A stretch of 64,000 bases of DNA, from the NCBI GenBank assembly GCA_963798485.1, contig CAWCTR010000008.1, positions 177,835 to 241,834 on the forward strand. The letters run 5' to 3'. Every line of letters begins with the position of its first letter. The stretch's first letter is position 1. Source of the DNA: an uncultured delta proteobacterium (GTDB taxonomy: Bacteria; Desulfobacterota; Desulfomonilia; UBA1062). The position numbers were made by a program, and so were the translations under genes. Below are positions 9,144 through 19,580 of the stretch, piece after piece. The notes below the pieces were generated by a model. The model had not been told where the DNA came from. It was given only the letters and a program-made list of their open reading frames with translations, and searched no databases.

Positions 9144-9593
9144 ATGAAAAACGCAAGAGTTGCTGTACTGTGGTTGATTTTTCTTGGTTTTTTTATTTTA
9201 GTCGGTTGCGATAAGTCTCAGAATCCTGAAAATACAAGTACTGAGAAGCTTGACTTTAAAACCCCGTATCAGGTGGTTTTTCTTGACAATAACAATGCTT
9301 ACATCGGGAAAACAGAGCAAACCGGCAAAGATTTCGTTCGCCTCAGTAATGTTTATTACATCCAATCCCAGGTGAATCAAGAAACAAAGCAGGTATCAAA
9401 TACGCTTACAAAACGGGGGAACGAGTTACATAAGCCCGATTTCATGTATATCAACACACGGCATATTATAATGATAGAGCCTGTTACGCCTGATTCACAA
9501 GTGGCAAAGCTCATCACACAGTCCGAAAACCAAAAACAACCCGAGGCGCAAAAACAACCCGAGACCCAAAAACAACCAGAGGGCCCAAAATAA
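9144..9593 (+). CDS. Conserved hypothetical lipoprotein (YQVVFLDNNNAYIGK family, possibly Sm-like fold)
   Basis: Lipobox ILVGC; YQVVFL..YIG..LSNVYY..L.KRGNELH.P..MYIN..I..IEP motif; C-terminal QKQPE x3. Confidence 0.75.
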   Translation: MKNARVAVLWLIFLGFFILVGCDKSQNPENTSTEKLDFKTPYQVVFLDNNNAYIGKTEQTGKDFVRLSNVYYIQSQVNQETKQVSNTLTKRGNELHKPDFMYINTRHIIMIEPVTPDSQVAKLITQSENQKQPEAQKQPETQKQPEGPK

Positions 9594-9958
9594 ACCAAGA
9601 GGGGTGAAGCATGAAGTTCCAGGGAAGGTCAATTATGAGTCGTATCGTCCAAGGCAAGGGGCTGTGTTTCGCGTCCTTATGTACGTTTATCTTATTGTCG
9701 TGCGGTTCAGCTCTCGCGGCAGACGCCACCTGGAACAACGGAGCCAGCGGCAATTGGTCCACAGGTACTTTGGTCATGGTCTCCGTCAGGTTCAAGCTAT
9801 CCTAACAGCAGCACGACCAATGTCAATATCCTGGACGGCACCAGCACCGTTACGCTTGATACAAACGTTTCTGTTGCCAGCCTCGCGCTAGCGAGCGGCA
9901 ACACGCTGAACTTCACTCCGGGTCGGGTGCTATCTGTGTATGGGCCGCAAATCAATCA

Positions 9959-12900
9959 ATGCCGGCACCATCAACATCAACTCCGGCAGCGGCTCAAACA
10001 CCGCACTTTACATCGCCGGCAACACGACTCTGTCGGGCACCGGCACGCTCAACCTGTCGTATAACGGGCACCGGGAGCGGAACGGCGTACATCCAGCAGT
10101 CGGGCAACCAGACGCTCACAAACCAGAGCACGATCGCGGGCGCCGGTATCATCGGCAATGGCGGTCTGACGCTCGTCAATGCCGGCACAGTCAATGCCAA
10201 CGTCAGCGGCCAGACCCTGATCGTGAACCTCGGCAACGTCAACGCGGGCGGCGTCCTCAACAACACCGGAGGCACGTTCGAGGCGACCGGCGGCGGCACG
10301 CTCGTACTGTCGGGGCAGACGATTACGAACACGACCGGACAGATCACGGCCTCAAGCGGCAGCACAGTCAACTTGTCGGGGACGACGATCAACGGCGGCA
10401 CACTGACGGCGGCCTCCGGCGGTACGATGCAGACCGTCGGCAACGCGACTCTGAACGGCGTGACGCTGAACGGTAACTACCTCAGCGATGTCGGTACGAA
10501 CACGTTTGTCTCGGGAATCATCACTCAGACCGGCAACCTGCAGCTCAATGCAGGCAACGGCAACAACACGAGTCTCTTCATCGCCGGCGCAACGACGCTC
10601 ACCGGCGGCACCGTCACGATGGCCTACACCGGCGGCAGCGGCACCGCCTTTATCCAGCAGTCGGGTAACCAGACGCTCACCAACGAAGAGACGATCCAGG
10701 GCGCCGGCATCATCGGCAATAACGGTCTGACGCTCGTTAACACCGTAAGCGGCATCATCAATGCCGACGTTTCCGGCCTGACGCTGATGATCAACCCCGG
10801 CAACGTCAATGACGCGCATGGCCAGCTGCAGAACCAGGGCGTGCTTGAGGCGACGAACGGCGGCACCCTGCTACTCCAGAACCAGAACGTCGTTAATACC
10901 GGCAACACGATCACCGCTACCGGCGCAGGCAGCGCCCTGCAACTGCAGAGCACGACCATCAACGGCGGCACGCTGATGGCGGCCTCCGGCGGCACGATGC
11001 AGACCATCCAAAATGCGACCCTGAACGGCGTGACGCTGAACGGCAACTACCTCAGCGATCTCGGTACGAACACGTTTGTCTCGGGAATCATCACCCAGAC
11101 CGGCAACCTGCAGCTCAATGCAGGCAACGGCAACAACACGAGTCTCTTCATCGCCGGCGCAACGACGCTCACCGGCGGCACCGTCACGCTGGCCTACACC
11201 GGCGGCAGCGGAACCGTCTATATCCAGCAGTCGGGTAACCAGACGCTCACCAACGCCGAGACGATCCAGGGCGCCGGCATCATCGGCAATGGCGGTCTGA
11301 CACTCGTTAACACCGTAAGCGGCATCATCAATGCCGACGTTTCCGGCCTGACGCTGATGATCAACCCCGGCAACGTCAATGACGCGCATGGCCAGCTGCA
11401 GAACCAGGGCGTGCTTGAGGCGACGAACGGCGGCACCCTGCTACTCCAGAACCAGAACGTCGTTAATACCGGCAACACGATCACCGCTACCGGCACAGGC
11501 AGCGCCCTGCAGCTGCAGAGCACGACGATCAACGGCGGCACGCTGATGGCGGCCTCCGGCGGCACGATGCAGACCATCCAAAATGCGACTCTGAACGGCG
11601 TGACGCTGAACGGCAACTACATGAGCGATCTCGGCACGAGCACGTATGTCTCGGGGACCATCACCCAGACCGGCAACCTGCAGCTCAATGCAGGCAACAG
11701 CAACAACACGAGTCTCTTCATCGCCGGCGCAACGACGCTCATCGGCGGCACCGTCACGATGGCCTACACCGGCGGCAGCGGCACCGTCTATATCCAGCAG
11801 TCGGGCGGCAACCAGACGCTCACGAACGCCGAGACGATCCAGGGCGCCGGCATCATCGGCAATAACGGTCTGACGCTCGTTAACACCGTAAGCGGCATCA
11901 TCAATGCCGACGTTTCCGGCCAGACGCTGATGATCAACCCCGGCAACGTCCTCGATGCGCATGGCCAGCTGCAGAACCAGGGCGTGCTTGAGGCGACGAA
12001 CGGAGGCACCCTGCTACTCCAGAACCAGAACGTCGTTAATACCGGCAACACGATCACCGCCACCGGCGCGGGCAGCGTGCTGCTCCTGCAGAGCACGACC
12101 ATCAACGGCGGCACGCTCGCGACTTCGGGCGGCGGTACGATGCAGACCGTCCGAAATGCGACTCTGAACGGCGTCACGCTGAACGGCAACTACCTCGCTG
12201 ACGTCGGCACGACGACGAACCTCACCGGGACGACCAGCCAAACCGGGACCCTGACCATCAACGCCGGCAGCGGCAACAACACTGTCCTCAACGTCGGTGG
12301 CGCCACGACGCTCGCCGGCGGTACCACGACGCTCGCCTTCAATGGCAGCGGCACGGGCGCAGCCATCATCCAGCAGTCGGGCGGCAACCAGACGCTCACC
12401 AACGAAGAGACGATCCAGGGCACCGGCATCATCGGCAATGGCGGTCTGACGCTCGTCAACACCGCAAGCGGCACCATCAATGCCGACGTTTCCGGCCAGA
12501 CGCTGACGATCAACCCCGGCAACGTCCTCGACGCGCATGGCCAGCTGCAGAACCAGGGCGTGCTTGAGGCGACGAACGGCGGCACCCTGCTGCTCTTGAG
12601 TCAGAACGTCGTTAATACCGGCAACACGATCACCGCCACCGGCGCGGGCAGCGCCCTGCTCCTGCAGAGCACGACCATCAACGGCGGCACGCTGATGGCG
12701 GCCTCCGGCGGCACGATGCAGACCATCCAAAATGCGACTCTGAACGGCGTCACGCTGAACGGCAACTACCTGAGCGATCTCGGCACGAGCACGTATGTCT
12801 CGCGGGACCATCACCCAGACCGGCAACCTGCAGCTCAATGCAGGCAACAGCAGCAACACTATCCTCTACATCACCGGCGCGACGACGCTCACCGGCGGCA

Positions 12901-13024
12901 CCGACACGATCGCCTACAACGGGTCGGGCAGCGGGGGCCGTCTATATCCAGCAGTCGGGTAACCAGACGCTCACGAACGCCGAGACGATCCAGGGCGCCG
13001 GCATCATCGGCAATGGCGGTCTGA
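9959..13024 (+). CDS. Beta-strand repeat segment of the giant PEP-CTERM protein (true frame ~10069-12802)
   Basis: G/T/N-rich autotransporter-like beta repeats of ~190 aa. Confidence 0.6.
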   Translation: MPAPSTSTPAAAQTPHFTSPATRLCRAPARSTCRITGTGSGTAYIQQSGNQTLTNQSTIAGAGIIGNGGLTLVNAGTVNANVSGQTLIVNLGNVNAGGVLNNTGGTFEATGGGTLVLSGQTITNTTGQITASSGSTVNLSGTTINGGTLTAASGGTMQTVGNATLNGVTLNGNYLSDVGTNTFVSGIITQTGNLQLNAGNGNNTSLFIAGATTLTGGTVTMAYTGGSGTAFIQQSGNQTLTNEETIQGAGIIGNNGLTLVNTVSGIINADVSGLTLMINPGNVNDAHGQLQNQGVLEATNGGTLLLQNQNVVNTGNTITATGAGSALQLQSTTINGGTLMAASGGTMQTIQNATLNGVTLNGNYLSDLGTNTFVSGIITQTGNLQLNAGNGNNTSLFIAGATTLTGGTVTLAYTGGSGTVYIQQSGNQTLTNAETIQGAGIIGNGGLTLVNTVSGIINADVSGLTLMINPGNVNDAHGQLQNQGVLEATNGGTLLLQNQNVVNTGNTITATGTGSALQLQSTTINGGTLMAASGGTMQTIQNATLNGVTLNGNYMSDLGTSTYVSGTITQTGNLQLNAGNSNNTSLFIAGATTLIGGTVTMAYTGGSGTVYIQQSGGNQTLTNAETIQGAGIIGNNGLTLVNTVSGIINADVSGQTLMINPGNVLDAHGQLQNQGVLEATNGGTLLLQNQNVVNTGNTITATGAGSVLLLQSTTINGGTLATSGGGTMQTVRNATLNGVTLNGNYLADVGTTTNLTGTTSQTGTLTINAGSGNNTVLNVGGATTLAGGTTTLAFNGSGTGAAIIQQSGGNQTLTNEETIQGTGIIGNGGLTLVNTASGTINADVSGQTLTINPGNVLDAHGQLQNQGVLEATNGGTLLLLSQNVVNTGNTITATGAGSALLLQSTTINGGTLMAASGGTMQTIQNATLNGVTLNGNYLSDLGTSTYVSRDHHPDRQPAAQCRQQQQHYPLHHRRDDAHRRHRHDRLQRVGQRGPSISSSRVTRRSRTPRRSRAPASSAMAV

Positions 13025-13035
13025 CGCTCGTCAAT
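10090..13035 (+). repeat. About five tandem ~570-bp intragenic repeats
   Basis: atccagcagtcggg..aaccagacgctcac recurs at about 10091, 10652, 11222, 11792, 12368 and 12946. Confidence 0.9.
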
Positions 13036-16000
13036 GCAGCGGGCGGCAAGATCGACGCGAACGTCGCGGGCCAGACGCTCTTGCTGACGCCCGGCAACGT
13101 GCTCGACTCCCAGGGCGCGATCTCGAACAGCGGCATCCTGTCGGCGAGCGCCGGCACGCTCGCGATCTCGTCGAAGGTGTACGGCACCGGCACGATCCAG
13201 ACGAGCGGGACGGGCGTCGTCACGCTCGGCGGGGCGAGCTCGGTCGGGAACCTGATCAACAACGGCAGCTCTGCGAACGCGCTCACACTGGGCGCCAACA
13301 GCGTCACGGTCTCCTCCGACTACCAGAACGCCAACTTCGGTGTGGGCAACGCCTTCAACAAACTCGCTGACGTCTCGACGTCCGGCGGCCAGATCCTCGC
13401 CTCCGGCAACGTGGCGACCGCGATAACCGGCACCACCGTCACAAACGGCACGAGCCCGACCGCGACGCTGACGATCGGCGGCAATGTCCACGTCGGCCAG
13501 GCGACCACCTACGACTTCCAGGTCGAGAACACCGGCACGAGCGGCCCGGCGATCCGCGGCGCGGTGCAGACTTCCGTCAACGGCGCCGCGATCTCCGACC
13601 CGAACCTGTCGGTGACCGCGCAGAACTTCGGGCCCATCGCTACCGGCTCCTCGAGCGGCAACATCGGCGTCAGCTACACTGCCTCGACGGCGGGGCTCCT
13701 ATCGCTCACCGGCACCAACACACTGCACATCGCCAACAACTTCCAGAACGTCGCCGAGCAGAACCTCAACATCGTGGTAGGCTCGGGCGCTGCCGCGTAC
13801 AACCTTGCCAGTGGCTCGACGGCAGACGTCACGGTGGCCAACACGCGCGTCGGCGTGGGCAGCACAGCGAACCTGGGGGTGACCAACACCGCACCAGCCG
13901 GCAGCTACACTGAGGTACTGAACGCGAGCTTCGGCGGCAGCTCGGGCGCTGTGAACTCGACGAGCGGCTCGATCACGGGCGGCCTGGGCAGCGGCGTCGC
14001 CGGAGGTGCAACCAACAACTCCGCAATGCAGGTCGGGATCGATACGTCGACCGCCGGCGCCAAGACCGGCACGGTGACATTGAACTATGTCTCCAATGGC
14101 ACCGGCACCAGCGGACTGGGTAATACCAATGTCGGCTCGCAGACCATCGATGTAAGCGGCAACGTGTATCAGGTAGCCCAGCCCAGTTTGCCCACGAGCG
14201 TGAACCTTGGCAATGTACATGTAGGCAGCAGTGCAAACCAGGCAATAAATATTACCAATACAAACGTGGCACCTGGTTATCAGGAAGGGCTCGATGCCGG
14301 TATAAACTCCGGTTCCAATGCAAGCGGGTCCGGCTCGATTACCAATCTGGCGGCAGGTGGATCGAGCACGAACATCAGTGTCGGGATGACGGCGTCTGCA
14401 GCAGGAGTCAACAGCGGCAGCGTCACCCTAAGCTTGGCCTCAAACGGAACGGGAACCAGCGGGTTGTCAACACTGGCCCTGTCCGACAAAACCGTCAATA
14501 CCTCGATAACCGGCTACAACCTGGCTCAGGCAACCATCAACAACCCACTCGATTTCAATCTCGGCAATATTCTGTTAACCGGCGGGTCTGTTACCAAGAC
14601 GGTATCTATCACAAATTCCGCTGCTTCCGGGATCTACTCGGAGGCATTAAATGCGGCTTTCGGGACTATCACTAATACCGGAGTCGGGAACGTAAACACC
14701 AACAACGGGTCTATCAACGGACTCCTTGCCGGGAATACCGATGCCTTGACCATGCAGGTAACCTACACCCCGACAGCCCAAGGTACGATCAACGCCAGCG
14801 TGCAGCTGCTGCTGGCTTCGAACGGCACCGCCATCGGGGACGGACTTGGAATTACCGCCCTGCCCAGTCAGCTTCTCTCATTGCTCGGCACGGTCACGGG
14901 AACGGTCGGAACGCTGGCCCAGGCAGGACCAGCCACGCCCAACCCGGTGAACTTGGGCAATGTTCGGGTCAACACGAGCGCGCCTTCTCAGGCCTTGTCG
15001 ATCCAAAACGTCGCCACCGGTCCGGCAGAAGGGTTGAACGCCACGATCTCTACCGCGACACCAGGGTTGACGGCCAGTGGGTCGTTTTCAAATCTGGCGG
15101 CGCAAGCCATCAATAATTCGAACTTGGTGGTCGGCATGAACACCTCAACGGCCGGTTCTCGCAACGGAACGGCGACGATAACCCTGGCGTCGGACGGCAC
15201 CTTCAACGGCGGCGTTACTACATCATTAGGCACTCAGACGATCAATGTCACGGGAGGGGTCTACCAGGTGGCTCAACCTAGCATACAAACCAGCGTAAAC
15301 CTGGGGAACGTACGTCTGGGGAGCGGTTCAAATCAGACTATCACAATCGGCAATACCAACATTTCCCCGACGGGATATCAGGAAGGACTTGATGCCGCGG
15401 TGGGATCGCAAACAAACGCCACGGGGACAGGCTCGATCACTAATTTAGCAGCCGGTGGGACGAGCAACGCGATAACTGTCGGAATGACGGCCTCTGTTGC
15501 AGGGGTCAACACCGGAAGCGTCGCACTTGCTCTTGCCTCGGACGGATCGACTACCAGCGGGTTGTCGACTCTGAGCCTTGGGAACCAAACCGTCAACACC
15601 TCGATTACCGGCTATCGTCTGGCGAATCCAACACTCAATACGCCATCGGTTACCCTGTATGCACGTGTGGGTGATGCGAGTCCCACTGCGTCGGTGAGTG
15701 TCACCAACACTTCACCCGATATCTATACGGAAGGGCTGAATGCAAGCATCGGCACGTCTTCGTCGGGTTTTACAGCAGGAGGCAGCATCAGCAATCTTGC
15801 GGCCCAGGGGACAAACAGCAGCGCCATGCAGATTGGTCTCGGAACCGGAACAGCCGGAACCTTTGGCGGCACTGCAGCTCTCACTCTTGCATCCACCGGA
15901 GCAGGGACAACCGGTGCGTCTGACTATAGTCTAACCAGCCAAAACGTTACCTTGAACGGCAAGGTGTACCAGCAGGCCGTGGCTACGGTCAATACGCCGA

Positions 16001-16851
16001 CGGTTGACTTCGGCATCGTACATGTGGGCGATACCCTGGGATTAACACAAGGCGTATCGGTGACCAACAGCGCCCAAACAGCGGCCTTGAACGATGTGCT
16101 GACAGGCAGCTTAAGCGGCGCAACCGGTCCTTTCACTGCCGGCGGTACTCTGGGCAGCGGGCTTGCAGCAGGCGCCAGCAGCAGCAGTCTCACGGCTACT
16201 CTGAATACCGCTAATGCCGGGATCTTCAGCGGCACGGCAACAGCCGGCTTCCAGAGCCACAACGCCGACATGGCCGATCTCATCCTTGCGAATACCACCA
16301 TCAACCTGAAGGCTCAGGTGAATAACTACGCCAACCCTGATTATCAGTTAGTTTCAGGAAGTGGGAGCTTGACTCATAGCTCGGGCTCCGGGTTGATCAC
16401 GCTTTATGATCTGAATTTCGGCAACGTCACGCAAGGTTCAGGGAATGAAACTGCAATATTGAATTTGTTGAATGACATAACCGGTCCGGCAGACAATCTG
16501 AAAGGGACATTCGACCTTACAGGTGTCAGTTCCAGTGACTTCTTGCTCGCCGGATTCGGTGACTCATCGGGGAATTTCTCGGGGATAACAGCAGGCAACG
16601 GCCTGAACGGCCTGCAGATCACCTTTGAGACATCCACGTTGGGTCTGGGCACATTCACCGACACGATTTACCTCAATGCAACAGGATACAATGATAGTGG
16701 TTATTCCGGCCAGTTTGCCCAAATAGAGTTGGATATAACCGGCAATGTAGTAGGAGGCCAACAGGCGCCTGTTCCAGAGCCTGCCACCCTTCTTCTCATA
16801 GGGTCTGGCCTATTGGGTCTTGCGGGGATGAGGAGGAGGTTCAGGAAGTAA
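12838..16851 (+). CDS. C-terminal segment: choice-of-anchor D / Ig-like repeats plus PEP-CTERM sorting signal
   Basis: Repeated VNLGNV(H/R)VG...ITN...EGL(D/N)A...TVTL.S.G modules; VPEP-TM-basic tail. Confidence 0.85.
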   Translation: MQATAATLSSTSPARRRSPAAPTRSPTTGRAAGAVYIQQSGNQTLTNAETIQGAGIIGNGGLTLVNAAGGKIDANVAGQTLLLTPGNVLDSQGAISNSGILSASAGTLAISSKVYGTGTIQTSGTGVVTLGGASSVGNLINNGSSANALTLGANSVTVSSDYQNANFGVGNAFNKLADVSTSGGQILASGNVATAITGTTVTNGTSPTATLTIGGNVHVGQATTYDFQVENTGTSGPAIRGAVQTSVNGAAISDPNLSVTAQNFGPIATGSSSGNIGVSYTASTAGLLSLTGTNTLHIANNFQNVAEQNLNIVVGSGAAAYNLASGSTADVTVANTRVGVGSTANLGVTNTAPAGSYTEVLNASFGGSSGAVNSTSGSITGGLGSGVAGGATNNSAMQVGIDTSTAGAKTGTVTLNYVSNGTGTSGLGNTNVGSQTIDVSGNVYQVAQPSLPTSVNLGNVHVGSSANQAINITNTNVAPGYQEGLDAGINSGSNASGSGSITNLAAGGSSTNISVGMTASAAGVNSGSVTLSLASNGTGTSGLSTLALSDKTVNTSITGYNLAQATINNPLDFNLGNILLTGGSVTKTVSITNSAASGIYSEALNAAFGTITNTGVGNVNTNNGSINGLLAGNTDALTMQVTYTPTAQGTINASVQLLLASNGTAIGDGLGITALPSQLLSLLGTVTGTVGTLAQAGPATPNPVNLGNVRVNTSAPSQALSIQNVATGPAEGLNATISTATPGLTASGSFSNLAAQAINNSNLVVGMNTSTAGSRNGTATITLASDGTFNGGVTTSLGTQTINVTGGVYQVAQPSIQTSVNLGNVRLGSGSNQTITIGNTNISPTGYQEGLDAAVGSQTNATGTGSITNLAAGGTSNAITVGMTASVAGVNTGSVALALASDGSTTSGLSTLSLGNQTVNTSITGYRLANPTLNTPSVTLYARVGDASPTASVSVTNTSPDIYTEGLNASIGTSSSGFTAGGSISNLAAQGTNSSAMQIGLGTGTAGTFGGTAALTLASTGAGTTGASDYSLTSQNVTLNGKVYQQAVATVNTPTVDFGIVHVGDTLGLTQGVSVTNSAQTAALNDVLTGSLSGATGPFTAGGTLGSGLAAGASSSSLTATLNTANAGIFSGTATAGFQSHNADMADLILANTTINLKAQVNNYANPDYQLVSGSGSLTHSSGSGLITLYDLNFGNVTQGSGNETAILNLLNDITGPADNLKGTFDLTGVSSSDFLLAGFGDSSGNFSGITAGNGLNGLQITFETSTLGLGTFTDTIYLNATGYNDSGYSGQFAQIELDITGNVVGGQQAPVPEPATLLLIGSGLLGLAGMRRRFRK

Positions 16852-16872
16852 GTTAATGCTTTGCATCTTCAC

Positions 16873-16901
16873 AGGCAGAGTCGAAAGGCTCTGCCTTTTT
16901 T
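16873..16901 (+). terminator. Rho-independent terminator
   Basis: aggcagagtc-gaaa-ggctctgcct followed by a T run after the PEP-CTERM gene. Confidence 0.85.
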
Positions 16902-17119
16902 GTTAAACCGAGGTGAATATAATCTACCTGGAAGACATTATGCCGCTGCGGGGAAAAATATCCTGGGGGTTTGATATCCCGTACATGATAACCGGCCAGA
17001 TGAATATACGTACTCGATTCAATTTGATATTTAACACCGGTTCTCTGTATATTTGAATGACCGGCAGGAAAAATCCGACAGCATCTCCGGGATCGATTTA
17101 TAATCTGTAAACGATCGCC

Positions 17120-18733
17120 TCAGGCAACCCGTTTTACCTTATCTGCAGGGATTGAGGAGGGGTACTCACTCAGCTCTACATCCTTGTTGTTCTGCTGAAA
17201 ATATCTCACGTTCCATTCGTTCGGGAACAACAGCACCGATTGGCCCGTACTGTCCCTGGCGATCCTGGCGCCGCTGGGAAGCATGAGCCCCTCGGTTGCA
17301 ATGCCGGAGGTTTTGATCCATCTGGCAAAAGTCCACGGGGCCCCTTCAAGGCGTGAATGCGCATTGTATTCCATCTCCAGGCGATACTTCACGATCTCGA
17401 ACTGCAATGGTCCCACAGCTGCCAGCAGCGGAATGCGCTGCGCGGCGTCGGGAAGCTCGAAGGAGTGGACCACGCCTTCTGCAAGCAGCTGGGTTAAGCC
17501 ATCGCGGAAACGCTTGTGATTGGAAGGGACATCGTTGTGGAGAAAGGCGAAACACTCCGGTGGAAATCGCGGGATCTCATCAAAGAGCACCTCCGGGTCT
17601 TCACTGAGCGTGTCGCCGATTGAAAGGAACTTGGCACCGGCTATGCCCACCACGTCACCCGGATACGCCTCGTCAACGGTTTCCCTCTCGCGGCCGAAAA
17701 TCTTGTTGGAATTGGAGAGCCGGAACTTTTTTCCCGTGGGTACGTGCGTCACCATCATGTCGCGCGTGAAGCGGCCTGAAACGACCCGGATGAAGACAAC
17801 CCGGTCGCGATGGTGCGGGTCCATGTTCGCTTGGATCTTGAAGACGAATCCTGAGAACGTAGCGGTGTCGGGTTTCACCGGGGAGCCGCGGCTGATGCGG
17901 GGCATGGGGGCGGCAGACTGCTCGATGAATCCTTCGAGCAGAAGCTTGACGCCGAAGTTGTTCAGGGCGCTCCCGAAGAACACCGGGGTTGTATGGCCGG
18001 CAAGCACGTCGGTAGGGCGGTAATCCACACCTGCCCCATCGAGCATCTCCAACTCCTCGCATACCGTGCGGTAGGTCGTATCATCCAGACGATCCCTTAC
18101 GATAGGATCGGACATGCCGCAGGTGGAAACCGGGGCCTGGTATATGCCGCCGGGGGTGCGCTCATAGAAGTGGGCCAGTCTGGTCCGCCTGTCCCAGACC
18201 CCTTTAAACTGAAGCCCTGTGCCCAGGGGCCAGTTTATGGGGCAAGCCCCGATGCCTAAGACGCTCTCCAGCTCGTCCAGTAGCGCCAGCGGTTCACGCG
18301 CAGGCCTGTCCATCTTGTTCATGAAGGTGAAGATGGGTATCCCGCGGAGCCTGCATACTTCAAAGAGCTTCCGTGTCTGGCTCTCGATCCCTTTTCCGGC
18401 GTCGATCACCATGATAGCGGCATCCACGGCCGTGAGCACCCGGTACGTGTCTTCCGAGAAATCCTTGTGCCCGGGCGTATCCAGCAGGTTGATCAGGTAA
18501 CCCTGATAGTCGAAGCTCAGCACGGTCGAGCTGATGGAGATGCCGCGCTTGCGCTCGAGCTCCATCCAGTCGGACGTGGTCGCGCGCTGGTTTTTGCGTG
18601 CTGTAACCGACCCGGCCAGCTGAACCGCACCGCCATAGAGCAGCAGCTTTTCAGTCAGTGTCGTTTTGCCTGCGTCGGGGTGCGAAACAATGGCCAAAGA
18701 CCTTCGCCTGGAAATTTCATGATGCATGCTCAT
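17120..18733 (-). CDS. prfC: Peptide chain release factor 3
   Basis: SHPDAGKTTLTEKLLLYGGA, SDWMELERKRGISI, DTPGHKDFSEDTYR, FKIQANMDPHHRDR. Confidence 0.97.
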   Translation of the reverse strand: MSMHHEISRRRSLAIVSHPDAGKTTLTEKLLLYGGAVQLAGSVTARKNQRATTSDWMELERKRGISISSTVLSFDYQGYLINLLDTPGHKDFSEDTYRVLTAVDAAIMVIDAGKGIESQTRKLFEVCRLRGIPIFTFMNKMDRPAREPLALLDELESVLGIGACPINWPLGTGLQFKGVWDRRTRLAHFYERTPGGIYQAPVSTCGMSDPIVRDRLDDTTYRTVCEELEMLDGAGVDYRPTDVLAGHTTPVFFGSALNNFGVKLLLEGFIEQSAAPMPRISRGSPVKPDTATFSGFVFKIQANMDPHHRDRVVFIRVVSGRFTRDMMVTHVPTGKKFRLSNSNKIFGRERETVDEAYPGDVVGIAGAKFLSIGDTLSEDPEVLFDEIPRFPPECFAFLHNDVPSNHKRFRDGLTQLLAEGVVHSFELPDAAQRIPLLAAVGPLQFEIVKYRLEMEYNAHSRLEGAPWTFARWIKTSGIATEGLMLPSGARIARDSTGQSVLLFPNEWNVRYFQQNNKDVELSEYPSSIPADKVKRVA

Positions 18734-18851
18734 CTTAGTCGATTTTCCTTGTGTGCGGGAGATACCATCTTATCTTTGTTCATTGCAATACAAAATTGGG
18801 ACAGGGGTGATTCGTCAAGCAAGAACACGGTTCGCAGGCATCAACATGCCT

Positions 18852-19448
18852 CTAGAGGTTGTTCACGTAGTGATAGATCATCTCTGTGAGCTCATCTATG
18901 AGGCGGTCCTTGTCCATGGATGAATCGAGGAATTTTACATAATGGGCAACGTTTTCCACTGCGCTGTGGATTACCTTTGACACCTCCTTGAGGGCCTGCG
19001 GGTTAGAGTGCTTGCAATAGGGAATCAAAAGAGAGCTGATGATGCCCAGCTGCTGTTGTTCCACCTCATCAAAGAGCCGTCTCACGTCCGGGTCCGAGAA
19101 TTTCAGGACAAGGGCTTCCTTGTGAAAAGAGGGGTGGATATCAAAGGTCATGAAACCCTTATTTATATGGATTCTGATAATATCTTTTAACGGGATTGAA
19201 GTGTCCGATTGCAAGGTGTAGACACCTGTTACGAAGTTATCAAGGTGGTTCTTGAGGATCTCAAGGAACAGGGACTTCTTGTTCTCAAAATAGCTGTAGA
19301 ATGTCCCGATAGAAACCCCGGCCTTTTTTGCGATCTCATTGGAACTTGTCCCGTTTATCCCCTTGCTCGCGAATAAATCCAGGGCGGTCTCCATGATTCT
19401 CAATCTTCTTTCCCTGCTGCGATCCTGCCTGGGTATACGAATACGCAT
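18852..19448 (-). CDS. TetR family regulator, divergent from the catabolic operon
   Basis: PRQDRSRE...IAKKAGVSIGTFYSYFENK. Confidence 0.92.
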   Translation of the reverse strand: MRIRIPRQDRSRERRLRIMETALDLFASKGINGTSSNEIAKKAGVSIGTFYSYFENKKSLFLEILKNHLDNFVTGVYTLQSDTSIPLKDIIRIHINKGFMTFDIHPSFHKEALVLKFSDPDVRRLFDEVEQQQLGIISSLLIPYCKHSNPQALKEVSKVIHSAVENVAHYVKFLDSSMDKDRLIDELTEMIYHYVNNL

Positions 19449-19580
19449 TACAGCTCCCTTCTACCCATGCAGACAGATACGTCTTTTATGGATCGAATCC
19501 GTTGATCTCGTATAATATAATGTCAGGTTCCCTGCCATGGTTATTCTCAATTAGTAGCATGAGAACGATGTGTCAAATAA

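Larger units (their letters stand above)
9611..16851 (+). pseudogene. Giant (~2411 aa) repetitive PEP-CTERM surface protein with five +1 frameshifts (pseudogene or read errors)
   Basis: Signal peptide at 9611; the coding pattern continues across +1 shifts at ~9770, ~9956, ~10067, 12803 and ~12935; 7241-5=7236 nt = 2412 codons; ends VPEPATLLLIGSGLLGLAGMRRRFRK. Confidence 0.85.

Noticed and set aside
9994-16761. Many antisense and alternate-frame ORFs over the PEP-CTERM gene
   Set aside because: Shadow ORFs caused by GC-rich repetitive codon usage.
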